From an uncultured Gammaproteobacteria bacterium (GTDB lineage: Bacteria > Patescibacteriota > Patescibacteriia > UBA1558 > 2-01-FULL-52-15): a DNA stretch of 64,000 nucleotides. Position 1 is the stretch's first letter, and each line of letters begins with the position of its first letter. A program made the position numbers and the translations under genes. The notes under the pieces are model-generated. The model was not told where the DNA came from, did no database searches, and saw only the letters and a list, made by a program, of their open reading frames with translations. The DNA lies in NCBI GenBank assembly GCA_964402565.1, contig CAYOCJ010000001.1, positions 568,823 to 632,822 of the forward strand, read 5' to 3'. Below are positions 34,308-43,141 of this stretch, one piece after another.

Positions 34308-37300
34308 AAAAGAATGAGCTTATTGAAGTCGAGATAAAGAGAACTGTCAAGACTAATAGCCAAGCGCCGACATTTTCGCCACCGGTATCCGGCAATGTCT
34401 TGAATGGCGCTTCAACACCCAAGACGACTGGTTTGAAGACCTGTACATTGACCGAATCTTCGACCGGCTGGCCATTTCGAATGGTTGCGGTCGCGTGATT
34501 GACATAGGTACCCGTTGCTACTGAATTATCAATATGCACCGCATAGGTAGTTGTCTGTACCGAGCCGACGCTCATCGGAGCAAAGTCCCATGTCTTGAAT
34601 CCAGTGCCACCGTCAACGAAGGTAAAGCCAGATGGCAATGTGTCTGATAATTTAGGATCATACGCAACCGTGTTGCCTGTATTCTTGATCACAACCGTAT
34701 AGGTAACAGTGTCGCCAGCTTCTACGGTGTTTTTATCTACGGTCTTATCGATAGAGATGGTAGGTACTGAGAAGAATCCTCCGCCACCACCGCCTCCTCC
34801 TCCACCTCCGCCACCACCGCCACAATTTGATGTGCATGATGGATTCGAATTTGAAGGCGTCACACATTGGCCATCGCTGTTAACTACCATACCCTCAGGC
34901 ACGGTGCTTTGAACACCATCGATATTCGGACACATGTCGGTCGGCGGCACCGGTTTCGGTGCATTGAATGCTACACAGTAGTAGGTATTTCCAGCTGAGA
35001 CAGCTTCAATATTGTCATAGTTGTCATAATGGTTCGTATCCTTATGGCAATAGATCTCAGCAGTTACATTATCTGCATTAGGACTTTGCGGCGGATAGGT
35101 GAACGGAATGTAGCCATCCTTTAATACTTCACGAACCCACAGCGATGGAGCTCCTTCAAGGTCGCTGATCGTTGCAGTAGCGACGCCTTCGGCATTAGTA
35201 ACACCGAACGTTTTCCAGTCGCTATAGTTCGTACCGGTAGTAGTATTTGGTCCGCAATAGGGTGCATCGCACATACCAGTAGAATCTCCGGCAGCCGTAG
35301 CCTCACCTATGAAGTCGCCTTTTAATTTATCAACGCCTTCCTGGCCGTCCTTATCGCCGAAACCCCATTGGAAGTTCCAATCAGGAGTCAGGTAGCAATG
35401 CGGATGATCTGCAATAAAGGCTGCTGATGTAGTTGAGGTAATATTCGGCATGCCAGTTTCTCCCCAATTCGGGAGGTCTGCTTCTGAATCGCAGACGATC
35501 TTTGTAGCAATGACGGAGACCGGCTCTATCGTACATTGCGATGAGCAGCCATCACCATTTGCAGTATTTCCGTCATCACAGGCTTCACCAGCTTCCATGA
35601 TGCCGTTTCCGCATTGCGGGCCGGTAACTGGCGGCTGGAAGTTAGCCAGTTTGCATTGATAATCAGATGAACCGTCAGCAAGTATGGTGCAGGAGCCGGT
35701 AACCGGAGTCCAGCCATCTTGCATAACCTCGCGGACCATATAGTCCCCTTGTTCTAAGTTATTGAAGCAATATCCGGTATCGGTAGTAACCGCAGTATCT
35801 ACCAGCGTATAGGGATCATCACCGCAGGTATAGGTCCAGCCATGGCCTGTAATAGCGAGACAGTTTTCATTATCCTGGAGTATTTTTTTATTCTTTATGG
35901 TTTCATCGCTGACGCCGGAAATAGTGTCAGTAATTGAACCGATGATATTTGAGATAATGCTTGGCGCATTTTTCTTATAGAGCTGAATGGTCCAGCCAGA
36001 GAGGTTCTCTTCACCTGGATCCTGAACCGCATTTTGGTTCTTATCATTGAATTTAACTCCGCAAATATTCGAAGTATTCGTTGCCTGCAACGTGCATTGC
36101 TCGGTACAAACCTGATGATCGCCGACGCCGTCAGTGCCATCGCATTGTTCGTCGCCATTCTTGACGCCATCACCGCAATACGGGACAGCCTCTATTTGGC
36201 ATTGATCAGTACAGATTTGATGATCGCCGACGCCGTCTGTGCCATCGCATTGCTCATTAGCATTTTTGATATGATCTCCACAGTATGGAAGATCCTGAAT
36301 AGTGCATTGCTGTGTGCAGGATTGATGATCGCCAACGCCGTCAGTGCCATCGCATTGTTCGTCGCCATTCTTGACGCCATCACCGCAAAAATCGGTACAG
36401 ATCAAGGTGCATTGCAGTGTGCAGGATTGATGATCGCCAACGCCGTCAGTGCCATCGCATTGTTCGTCGCCATTCTTGATATTGTCGCCACAGTACGGGA
36501 CATTCTCCAGAGTGCATTGGCTCGTGCAGCTTTGATGCGGGCCGACGCCGTCAGTGCCATCGCATTGTTCAGTGCCCTCTTTCACATGATTACCGCAGCT
36601 TGGAGCTATGATAGTCGTAGGCTCATCAACGCATACCCAGCGATTATACTCCTGAGTCCAGAAGCATGCGCGGTTATTCAGCACATCTCCGTTCACGACA
36701 GACTCAGACACATGCATCTTGATATGGACTTCGTTTATCTCGCCAGGCGGCACTTCACCGAAGTTCCAATGGTTATTACCATCGACTGGTGACGGGATGC
36801 TTGAGATATAGGATGTACGATTGTCGTAGTACTCTTTGATCTCAACTCCCCCGCCGGTGCAGTAACCGGTGCCGGTATTTGTAAGGCGTAATGTGTAGGT
36901 CAATTCAGAACCAGGCGCTACCGGATCAGCACTATCTGTTTTAACGAGTTCCATACGGCAGAATGGTTCAAGCTTACAATACTTGTTGCATCCGTCGCCG
37001 TTATTGTTATTGCCATCGTCACACTGTTCTGCTTTACCTTCTCCGTTCGGATTTTGTATCGTTCCGTCGCCGCAATAGCTGAGATTTTCAAGCGTGCACT
37101 GGCTCGTACAACGCTGATGCGGACCGACACCGTCTGTGCCGTCACATTGCTCAGTGCCTTCTTTCACATTATTTCCGCATTGAGCTGCGTAAATACATTG
37201 AGGCTTTTTTGGATTTTCAGTTTCGTAAAAAGTATATATGCGTTCACCGATCGTTGCCGAATCCTGCAATTGCTGCAAGGTGGCAGAACCATCAGCCATA

Positions 37301-37893
37301 ACTTGCTCGAGTTTTGTCAACGCTTGTTTGATCGTCGACTGGTCATTCAAGTTCAACCTATCAAAAGCAGAATCGCCATTATCACCGCCTGAAACCAAAG
37401 CATTCAATTGCAAATGGCCTGCGGCAATATTCGATTCATCAGCTAACAAAAATTGGCTCAGCTTACAGCGAGTAGCCGGAATGTCTCCTCCGCTGCAAAC
37501 GGTAGCTAATTCGGTACAGATCTGGCTTGCTCCAATACTGGAGTATACGCCTGAGAAATACTGTGATGACATATTCCTGATCTGCGTCTTCCAGACGCTT
37601 TCGCCGGTGCCATTATGGCAGCCATCATTATTTTTATAATAGCCCTTTGACTTTGCATCACAGGCAGGCCCTGAAGAACTCGTGGCCAGCGCCAGGGACG
37701 TCAATTTGCTCAAAATCCCCGTACTGCCTGCAGCACGATAGACCAAAGGTGATGCCATTGGTAAAACAATATTCACGCTCAAAAAGATGACAGCTATTGT
37801 TTTAAGTAATGATTTCTTACGCATAGGCTTATTTTTTACCCTATAATTTTGCTTAAAATTAGGCTTTTTTAATGGGAAATTAATAAATAACAT
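34285..37893 (-). CDS. LPXTG cell-wall-anchored surface protein: signal peptide, multiple Myxococcus-type cysteine-rich repeats (CGDG...EQCDDGN...GDGC), poly-Gly linker, DUF11-like beta domain, LPDTG sorting signal
   Basis: 1202 aa. Repeats such as YCGDGVKNGDEQCDGTDGVGDHQSCTQQCT and CGNGIMEAGEACDDGNTANGDGCSSQCT. CGGGGGGGGGGGGGGGFF tract. TYTVVIKNTGNTVAYDPKLSDTLPSGFTF (DUF11-like). C-terminal FKTLPDTGGENVGAWLLVLTVLFISTSISSFFYAYRQSQ (LPXTG, hydrophobic segment, charged tail). Stop overlaps the sortase start. Confidence 0.8.
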   Translation of the reverse strand: MLFINFPLKKPNFKQNYRVKNKPMRKKSLLKTIAVIFLSVNIVLPMASPLVYRAAGSTGILSKLTSLALATSSSGPACDAKSKGYYKNNDGCHNGTGESVWKTQIRNMSSQYFSGVYSSIGASQICTELATVCSGGDIPATRCKLSQFLLADESNIAAGHLQLNALVSGGDNGDSAFDRLNLNDQSTIKQALTKLEQVMADGSATLQQLQDSATIGERIYTFYETENPKKPQCIYAAQCGNNVKEGTEQCDGTDGVGPHQRCTSQCTLENLSYCGDGTIQNPNGEGKAEQCDDGNNNNGDGCNKYCKLEPFCRMELVKTDSADPVAPGSELTYTLRLTNTGTGYCTGGGVEIKEYYDNRTSYISSIPSPVDGNNHWNFGEVPPGEINEVHIKMHVSESVVNGDVLNNRACFWTQEYNRWVCVDEPTTIIAPSCGNHVKEGTEQCDGTDGVGPHQSCTSQCTLENVPYCGDNIKNGDEQCDGTDGVGDHQSCTLQCTLICTDFCGDGVKNGDEQCDGTDGVGDHQSCTQQCTIQDLPYCGDHIKNANEQCDGTDGVGDHQICTDQCQIEAVPYCGDGVKNGDEQCDGTDGVGDHQVCTEQCTLQATNTSNICGVKFNDKNQNAVQDPGEENLSGWTIQLYKKNAPSIISNIIGSITDTISGVSDETIKNKKILQDNENCLAITGHGWTYTCGDDPYTLVDTAVTTDTGYCFNNLEQGDYMVREVMQDGWTPVTGSCTILADGSSDYQCKLANFQPPVTGPQCGNGIMEAGEACDDGNTANGDGCSSQCTIEPVSVIATKIVCDSEADLPNWGETGMPNITSTTSAAFIADHPHCYLTPDWNFQWGFGDKDGQEGVDKLKGDFIGEATAAGDSTGMCDAPYCGPNTTTGTNYSDWKTFGVTNAEGVATATISDLEGAPSLWVREVLKDGYIPFTYPPQSPNADNVTAEIYCHKDTNHYDNYDNIEAVSAGNTYYCVAFNAPKPVPPTDMCPNIDGVQSTVPEGMVVNSDGQCVTPSNSNPSCTSNCGGGGGGGGGGGGGGGFFSVPTISIDKTVDKNTVEAGDTVTYTVVIKNTGNTVAYDPKLSDTLPSGFTFVDGGTGFKTWDFAPMSVGSVQTTTYAVHIDNSVATGTYVNHATATIRNGQPVEDSVNVQVFKPVVLGVEAPFKTLPDTGGENVGAWLLVLTVLFISTSISSFFYAYRQSQ
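34775..34835 (-). repeat. In-frame (GGN)n simple-sequence tract encoding about 15 consecutive glycines
   Basis: Plus strand ccgccaccaccgcctcctcctccacctccgccaccaccgcc (purine/pyrimidine-skewed triplet repeat). Coordinates approximate. Confidence 0.7.
36090..36610 (-). repeat. Tandem ~114-nt coding repeats (about 4.5 copies) encoding the Cys-rich CGDG...EQCDGTDGVGDHQxCT modules
   Basis: Repeated DNA units gattgatgatcgccaacgccgtcagtgccatcgcattgttcgtcgccattcttga... visible by eye. Further degenerate copies occur near 37000-37200. Confidence 0.7.
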
Positions 37894-37947
37894 AGAAAAA
37901 TACCATATATCTATGGTATTGTCAAGGGGGGGGCACTATATAATCGA

Positions 37948-39303
37948 TCAATAGGGCAAAATAGTCCCCAATTGCTTCATGTCGGTTATCTTTTCAGCTA
38001 TGATCTTCTCAATATTGAAGGTGCCGAATTTGGGAGCTTCTATAAAGCCCTGAAGTGCTGCTTCGGCAAGCCAGCCGCTGTCCAACCAGTCAAAAAGCCA
38101 CTCTGAGGTATAGTCCGGGTCTTCTTGATATGCCCCGCAACCGATTGATTCTACCCAAAGCCGGTTAAATCGCTCCTGCGAGCCGATGGGAGGCGCTATG
38201 ACCAGCGGAATACCGAGTGCAGCGTAAAAGCTCAGTTCAGATGGCTTGGTCCACAGAATATCAGTTGTCCGCAAAGCTTGGTCGAATTTCTTGAAGTACT
38301 CGAATTTCGAATTTGCGAACACGATATGGATATGCTTATCAAGCTCATGCATCAACCCCATGGAGCGGACCGCATCATTGAAAAACTTGCTGACTTCATT
38401 ATGTATCCCTGCAACCATGGTAAAACTTATCTGGTGTTGAAGGATCTTATTTTTTAAGCTCCTCAAAATTTGAACAGCTAGTTCGCGTTGTGCTCCTGCA
38501 CCGCCGACGGGGAAGGTGAGCGTTAATGGATGCAGCGAGTGACGCGGCAATGCGTGAGCACCCAAATGCTCTTTGACGGTCTCATGGTACTGCTTATAGT
38601 AATTTCTTTTCGGATCAAGATTCACGAGGCGGTAAAGAATATCCTGTTTCAGGCGTGTCAATCGATCATTGCCCAAATTTTCTAATGGCAATGGAAATCC
38701 GGTAAGAAAAATATTATCTTCTTTGATGCCGTAGAGCTTGAGGCGATTTGCGACGCGATAGGTCGGCGCAAAATAGCGTATGCGAGAACGAGAAGGGTAT
38801 TGCGGCACCCACGCGCGGCTGATATCAGTATCCGTCGCTAAGCAGTATATGTCTCCCGGATATTCGAAATGCTCAGCCATGAATGCAGGAATGAAGAACG
38901 TGCAGATTAACGGCAATGGTTTTTTTGAAAGTTTTTCGATCAAATGCTTGCCCCAATTTGAATTGCGGATCAGCGACATGATCTGCGTCACCTGCAAAGT
39001 CGGCGCTGAGAGATCGCGCTTCGGATAGAATGGCGGTATGCTCTGCAGGGTATCGTACAACTCGAACACCTCTTCGCCGATCAAAGGAACTTGTTTGAAG
39101 CGTGAGATGAATTCATAGAAGCGGCGCGAGTTCCGCCAAATTTTCCGATCATGCACGGGGATGCCAGGGTAATTATTTGCATTCAAAATATCGCCCTCGG
39201 CGAGATACCTCAAAGGAAATGCAGCACGCTGATGCCCATATCCCATATCGACGCTGATGACCCATGCTTTCGGGTGTGTATGTGTTTTTGTTTCCTCCTG
39301 CAT
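37948..39303 (-). CDS. GT-B glycosyltransferase, MGDG-synthase / UgtP (GT28)-like, putative glycolipid synthase
   Basis: 451 aa. N-terminal VISVDMGYGHQRAAFPL resembles the MGDG_synth G-x-GH-x-x-A motif. C-terminal ILWTKPSELSFYAALGIPLVIAPPIGSQERFN resembles the GT-B nucleotide-sugar-binding half. Confidence 0.5.
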   Translation of the reverse strand: MQEETKTHTHPKAWVISVDMGYGHQRAAFPLRYLAEGDILNANNYPGIPVHDRKIWRNSRRFYEFISRFKQVPLIGEEVFELYDTLQSIPPFYPKRDLSAPTLQVTQIMSLIRNSNWGKHLIEKLSKKPLPLICTFFIPAFMAEHFEYPGDIYCLATDTDISRAWVPQYPSRSRIRYFAPTYRVANRLKLYGIKEDNIFLTGFPLPLENLGNDRLTRLKQDILYRLVNLDPKRNYYKQYHETVKEHLGAHALPRHSLHPLTLTFPVGGAGAQRELAVQILRSLKNKILQHQISFTMVAGIHNEVSKFFNDAVRSMGLMHELDKHIHIVFANSKFEYFKKFDQALRTTDILWTKPSELSFYAALGIPLVIAPPIGSQERFNRLWVESIGCGAYQEDPDYTSEWLFDWLDSGWLAEAALQGFIEAPKFGTFNIEKIIAEKITDMKQLGTILPY

Positions 39304-39312
39304 ACTACTGTA

Positions 39313-39639
39313 TCACCATAGATACAAACTTATTCTCCACAAGAGATAGCCGCTGCTGATGCCGACAATATTGGTCGTCATATCGTACCAATCAAAGTGA
39401 TCGCCAGGGCGCATCATATCGTGCAGTTCCTTGGCTACGCCGAGCAAAATGACCGCCGGAAGCACCAGCAAGCTATTCCAGATCAACAGGCCGAAAAAAG
39501 TTAATGCCAGAGATGCGGTAAAATGAACTGTTTTATCGTAGCGGCCGAAATAGACGCCTTTAAAAAAATCCAATAGCGTAGTCATGTCGTCATAATTATA
39601 ACATAAAAAAACAGCCCGTAGGCCTAGCTTACCTAGCAC
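39313..39639 (-). CDS. Small membrane protein, VanZ-like family (tentative)
   Basis: 108 aa, 3 TM. AKELHDMMRPGDHFDWYDMTTNIVGISSG resembles the VanZ E-x-H...R...D...N...G pattern. Confidence 0.4.
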   Translation of the reverse strand: MLGKLGLRAVFLCYNYDDMTTLLDFFKGVYFGRYDKTVHFTASLALTFFGLLIWNSLLVLPAVILLGVAKELHDMMRPGDHFDWYDMTTNIVGISSGYLLWRISLYLW

Positions 39640-39647
39640 GCAGCGTA

Positions 39648-39842
39648 CTAGACAGCAACCGGAGTTTCCGGCGACTTTTTTTCCTGCTCCTCTACTTTCT
39701 TTGCATGTTCTTCGATGGCCGCTTTGGTGATGTCATGAAAAGGATTGTCAGTGTATTCTGACATGAGCTTTTGGTACTCTGGATCAGGATTCGGCTCCTT
39801 GGTCACGAGCGGCTCTAATGATGGATTGACGGTGTCTGACAT
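39648..39842 (-). CDS. Small acidic hypothetical protein
   Basis: 64-aa ORF, no recognisable domain; tightly packed between genes. Confidence 0.25.
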   Translation of the reverse strand: MSDTVNPSLEPLVTKEPNPDPEYQKLMSEYTDNPFHDITKAAIEEHAKKVEEQEKKSPETPVAV

Positions 39843-39882
39843 AGTATCGAAACACTACCACAATGTACGCAGTTCCTGCAAC

Positions 39883-40344
39883 CTATGCATACCGGTCGAC
39901 GCGGAAGCAGAAAAATAACAAAATGCTGATCAAAAGGAAAGCAACGAATGACATCAGCGGTATCGTAATGAAGCCCAAGAAGCTGATGTCGATGGTCGAG
40001 CATGCTATGCTGCCTTTCGTGCAGTTAATGAAGGAGTTCTCTGCTGCCGGTTTATACATCTGTATGAGATAGTGATATCCGGCGATAATCGCTCCTATGC
40101 AGCTCATCGGTAAAATATATTTCGGAAAATTCGCATCACGCAACCGAAGCGCAACGACAGACAGCAGGACGATCGGGTACATCAGGATGCGTTGATACCA
40201 GCAGAGCTCGCAAGGCGTGAGTCCAACGATCTCGCTGAAATACAGACTGCCAAGCATTGCAGTCGCAGAAATGAGAAGAACGCACAAATATAAATTTCGT
40301 TTCGACAATACTCTCATACGTGTTTCAAGTATAGCATAGAACAT
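39883..40344 (-). CDS. Disulfide bond formation protein B family (DsbB/BdbC-like thiol-disulfide oxidoreductase)
   Basis: 153 aa, 4 TM. Signature GLTPCELCWYQRILMYP (cf. BdbC PCVLCWYQRICMYP) and a second Cys pair NCTKGSIACS. Confidence 0.75.
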   Translation of the reverse strand: MFYAILETRMRVLSKRNLYLCVLLISATAMLGSLYFSEIVGLTPCELCWYQRILMYPIVLLSVVALRLRDANFPKYILPMSCIGAIIAGYHYLIQMYKPAAENSFINCTKGSIACSTIDISFLGFITIPLMSFVAFLLISILLFFCFRVDRYA

Positions 40345-40379
40345 GCGCTGATAATAGTTCAGGGCCCAGATATCACGTG

Positions 40380-40860
40380 TGTAATACCTGGGCCCTAGTC
40401 GCTTGGGATCAGTGCTCCTGCATGGGGAAATTCTCCCCCATCAGGATGCGATTTGCTTCATCCTCCAGCTCTTCGTCCCTGAGGACGCGCTCGTCGTCAT
40501 CCGACGGGGTCTCGCTCTGAACGAGATAGAGATGGGGATTGCCGGGTTCGACGAGAAGGTCAGGATGGGCGTCCAGGAGTTGATCGAGACTGGTCTCGTG
40601 GCCATTGTTGCCTTCGGCATCCCAGTGACGTACGAATCGTGCGCCTTCCCCGATGCGCCGATGCGCACAGGGTATGCCCTGCGATCCTTCGCCGGCCATG
40701 GCTGACGCCATGGAAAGCATGTCTCCGGGAAACCGGGGGTTGACGCCGCTGGCGCCAAGCATGTAGCCGACTTCGACCCGTTCTGCGCCTTCATCCAAAA
40801 GTTCTCGTTGCTCGACTGTCAATCGATCCCTCAGCATACCGTTCCTCCTCCTTTTTTCGT
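40380..40860. other. Compositionally anomalous high-GC (~58-60%) island of ~480 bp in a ~42-46% GC context; contains mutually overlapping ORFs on both strands (40403..40705 + and 40409..40837 -)
   Basis: Direct inspection of base composition versus flanks. Third-codon-position GC is ~75% in the plus frame (TTG start) and ~65% in the minus frame (ATG start), so the coding strand is ambiguous. Confidence 0.5.
40409..40837 (-). CDS. Hypothetical acidic protein encoded in the high-GC island (strand/frame uncertain; alternative is + 40403..40705)
   Basis: 142-aa ORF with ATG start. No recognisable motif; very acidic C-terminus. Confidence 0.25.
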   Translation of the reverse strand: MLRDRLTVEQRELLDEGAERVEVGYMLGASGVNPRFPGDMLSMASAMAGEGSQGIPCAHRRIGEGARFVRHWDAEGNNGHETSLDQLLDAHPDLLVEPGNPHLYLVQSETPSDDDERVLRDEELEDEANRILMGENFPMQEH

Positions 40861-40955
40861 AGCATCCACTACCAGAAAACGGTTGACTTAACGATACGCC
40901 GTTTTTTTAACTTGTCAATACATTCTAAACATGGTCTGGTTTTTCAGCAGATATT

Positions 40956-41507
40956 CTAGCGAATTTTATCAAGAATGTGCCTACTCTCGTCAGGGTTAAA
41001 CCCTTTTAACGCTAACCATGCATACACCTTGGAGTTTATTTGGTATTTCTTTTTTGGATCAGCTCCGTATTTCTCGTGAAGTCTCTGGTATTTGATCTTT
41101 GCAGCCGAGGTAATCTTTTCTAAATCCTGCTTTCCGCCATTTTCCTCAAATTCTTTTAACACGTCGTCAACAATGTGCATTGGAAGCTTGCGAGACATCA
41201 TTTTCCTGCGAATAACCCGCATACCGTCTTTTTTATCTTTCAATAGCTCGAAGAGGCGAGCAGCATACTTTCTATCGTCAACCAGCCCCTGCTGGCACAG
41301 TTTCTCAACTACTTTCTGAGCATTTTCCTTAGTATAAAAAACATAGCGGATCGTATCAGGGTACAATTTTTTTAGCCGAACGATTCGGTCTACCAGACGC
41401 TTTTCAGAAACTTCGCCATCGGCAAGCCAGGCGAGCATCTTTTGATAGATATGCTGAAGGTCAGGATCGTCGAATGTTTGCCGATCTGTCATAGAGAGAT
41501 TATACAC
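40956..41507 (-). CDS. recX: RecX-like regulatory protein (RecA regulator family)
   Basis: 183 aa. All-helical, with three-fold repeated ~45-aa helical modules and a basic/acidic pattern typical of RecX; weak motif-level match. Confidence 0.5.
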   Translation of the reverse strand: MYNLSMTDRQTFDDPDLQHIYQKMLAWLADGEVSEKRLVDRIVRLKKLYPDTIRYVFYTKENAQKVVEKLCQQGLVDDRKYAARLFELLKDKKDGMRVIRRKMMSRKLPMHIVDDVLKEFEENGGKQDLEKITSAAKIKYQRLHEKYGADPKKKYQINSKVYAWLALKGFNPDESRHILDKIR

Positions 41508-42149
41508 CAGATCCTAAAATTATTTTGCAAGTCGATGTTAAATGATATAATTACCTTAGAAACGTTAGCTAAGTACAGAGAAAAAAGCCGTCATAAAAAA
41601 GTTTTTTAAAAAAATACACAGGCAGAAAACACAAACCATAGAATAAAAAATGAGCGCCGTCGGTTTCCAAAAACGGCTCTCAATACGGTGTAAGACTAAG
41701 ACCAAAATAAAGCTTATCAACTTAGACCTACATCACTATGGCTACTATCAAACGATGGTTCAAACGGTTTCGAAAAAATGATTGGGATGAAAATCTCCGG
41801 CTGTACGGATTAAAATAGTAATGAACGTTCTTTCAAAAAAACGTACGTGTGAAGCTTGAAAAGCGATCACAGGTGCTCAACATAGGACGATGCGTAGGAG
41901 TGATTATGGATTTATGTACCAGTTTCGAGAGCAATCATGGTCCAAACTCTGTTCCCTGTCGGGAAAATGTTTCGTTAGAAAACAAATCAGAATGTGCTCT
42001 TTGCGAGCACAGTGAGGTGAGTCAGATGCGGAATAGCACGCGGCGCATGAGAATCGAAGACGAATTGGTCACAACATCTCATGGCCTACTCCCCATGACT
42101 CTATGGGCAGGGGGCTAAGTAAGATCGCCCCCTCCCAAATTCAAAACAT

Positions 42150-42299
42150 ATGACATACGAAAATCAAGCGCTCGTAACTAATATCTTATTCATTCTAGAA
42201 GGTGCGGTGCTTTTAATTGCCGCGAATTGGGCCGGTTGGATGATACTGTCTATCGGAGGGCTTATGATGATTGAAACGATCAGAATTAGATCCATTTGA
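42150..42299 (+). CDS. Possible 49-aa small hydrophobic protein inside the long non-coding stretch (speculative)
   Basis: Manual translation MTYENQALVTNILFILEGAVLLIAANWAGWMILSIGGLMMIETIRIRSI*. One or two predicted TM segments; no Shine-Dalgarno. Confidence 0.2.
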   Translation: MTYENQALVTNILFILEGAVLLIAANWAGWMILSIGGLMMIETIRIRSI

Positions 42300-42388
42300 T
42301 GCCCAGGAAACAAACACCAGCGCAGATTGGCAATCGCCCTTTAATTCATTTATAGTTAGTGTGTGTTTAAAAAAAATTTAACGCACTG

Positions 42389-43141
42389 ATGAAACATCTC
42401 GTTGACATAACCTACGAAACCTATACAAGCGGCGCTATAACCGTGCCTTGCGTTATTGCCCAACCAAAAGAGAGCGGATCCTATCCCTGTATTATTTATA
42501 ATCGCGGAGGTAATCGGGAATTTGGAAAAATTACCCCTGCATATGGCGAATATTTAGTAGAAAGAATTGCTTCATGGGGATATATAGTTGTTGCATCTCA
42601 ATATCGCGGGCTTATTGGTGAAGAAGGTGCCGACGAATTTGGCGGGGCAGATGTTGATGACGTAGTCAATCTAATTAGCGTGCTTAAAAGCTTACCAAAT
42701 GCAGACACACAGCGAATTGGGATGTTTGGCTGGAGTCGTGGAGGCATGATGGTTTACCTGGCTTTGAAAAAAATGCATTTCATCAAAGCAGCTGTCTCAG
42801 TTGCAGGAGTTGCTGATTTACTAGAAACTGCGAAACGCCGGCCTGAAATGAAAAAAATATTTGAAGAGCTGATCAGCACCGGACCAGACCTGGAAGAAAA
42901 ACTCAAGGAACGCTCAATAGTATACTGGCCTGAGAAGCTACCAAAAGTACCGCTACTCCTCATGCATGGCACCGCTGATTGGCGTGTCAACTATGAACAA
43001 AGTGTACAGCTTGCAAACGAGCTCACAAAACGTAACTTTCCTGTAACTCTCAAATTATTTACCGGGGGCGATCATGCCCTGACAGACTATGATGATGAAG
43101 TTTGGAAAATGACAAAAGAATGGTTTGAAAAATATGCTTAA
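42389..43141 (+). CDS. Alpha/beta hydrolase of the prolyl-oligopeptidase (S9) / dienelactone-hydrolase type
   Basis: 250 aa. Nucleophile elbow GWSRGG (GXSXG), LLMHGTADWRV (Asp region), C-terminal GGDHAL (His). Confidence 0.7.
   Translation: MKHLVDITYETYTSGAITVPCVIAQPKESGSYPCIIYNRGGNREFGKITPAYGEYLVERIASWGYIVVASQYRGLIGEEGADEFGGADVDDVVNLISVLKSLPNADTQRIGMFGWSRGGMMVYLALKKMHFIKAAVSVAGVADLLETAKRRPEMKKIFEELISTGPDLEEKLKERSIVYWPEKLPKVPLLLMHGTADWRVNYEQSVQLANELTKRNFPVTLKLFTGGDHALTDYDDEVWKMTKEWFEKYA

Noticed and set aside
36034-36792. 252-aa plus-strand ORF with striking internal repeats
   Set aside because: It is the mirror image of the genuine Cys-rich repeat coding sequence on the minus strand. Repetition comes from the real repeats, and the sense-strand product has recognisable domain motifs while this one does not.
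40403-40705. Plus-strand 100-aa ORF in the high-GC island as the definitive gene
   Set aside because: It has the higher GC3 but a TTG start and no motifs. The opposite-strand 142-aa ORF has an ATG start. The strand cannot be resolved from sequence alone, so only the island is reported with confidence.
41508-42388. Search for tRNA, tmRNA or RNase P RNA in the long spacer
   Set aside because: No GTTCRANYC T-loop with a cloverleaf, no tmRNA tag reading frame or CCACCA-proximal acceptor, and no RNase P P4 motif (AGGAAAGUCCGGGC) were recognised by eye. A covariance-model scan is still warranted.
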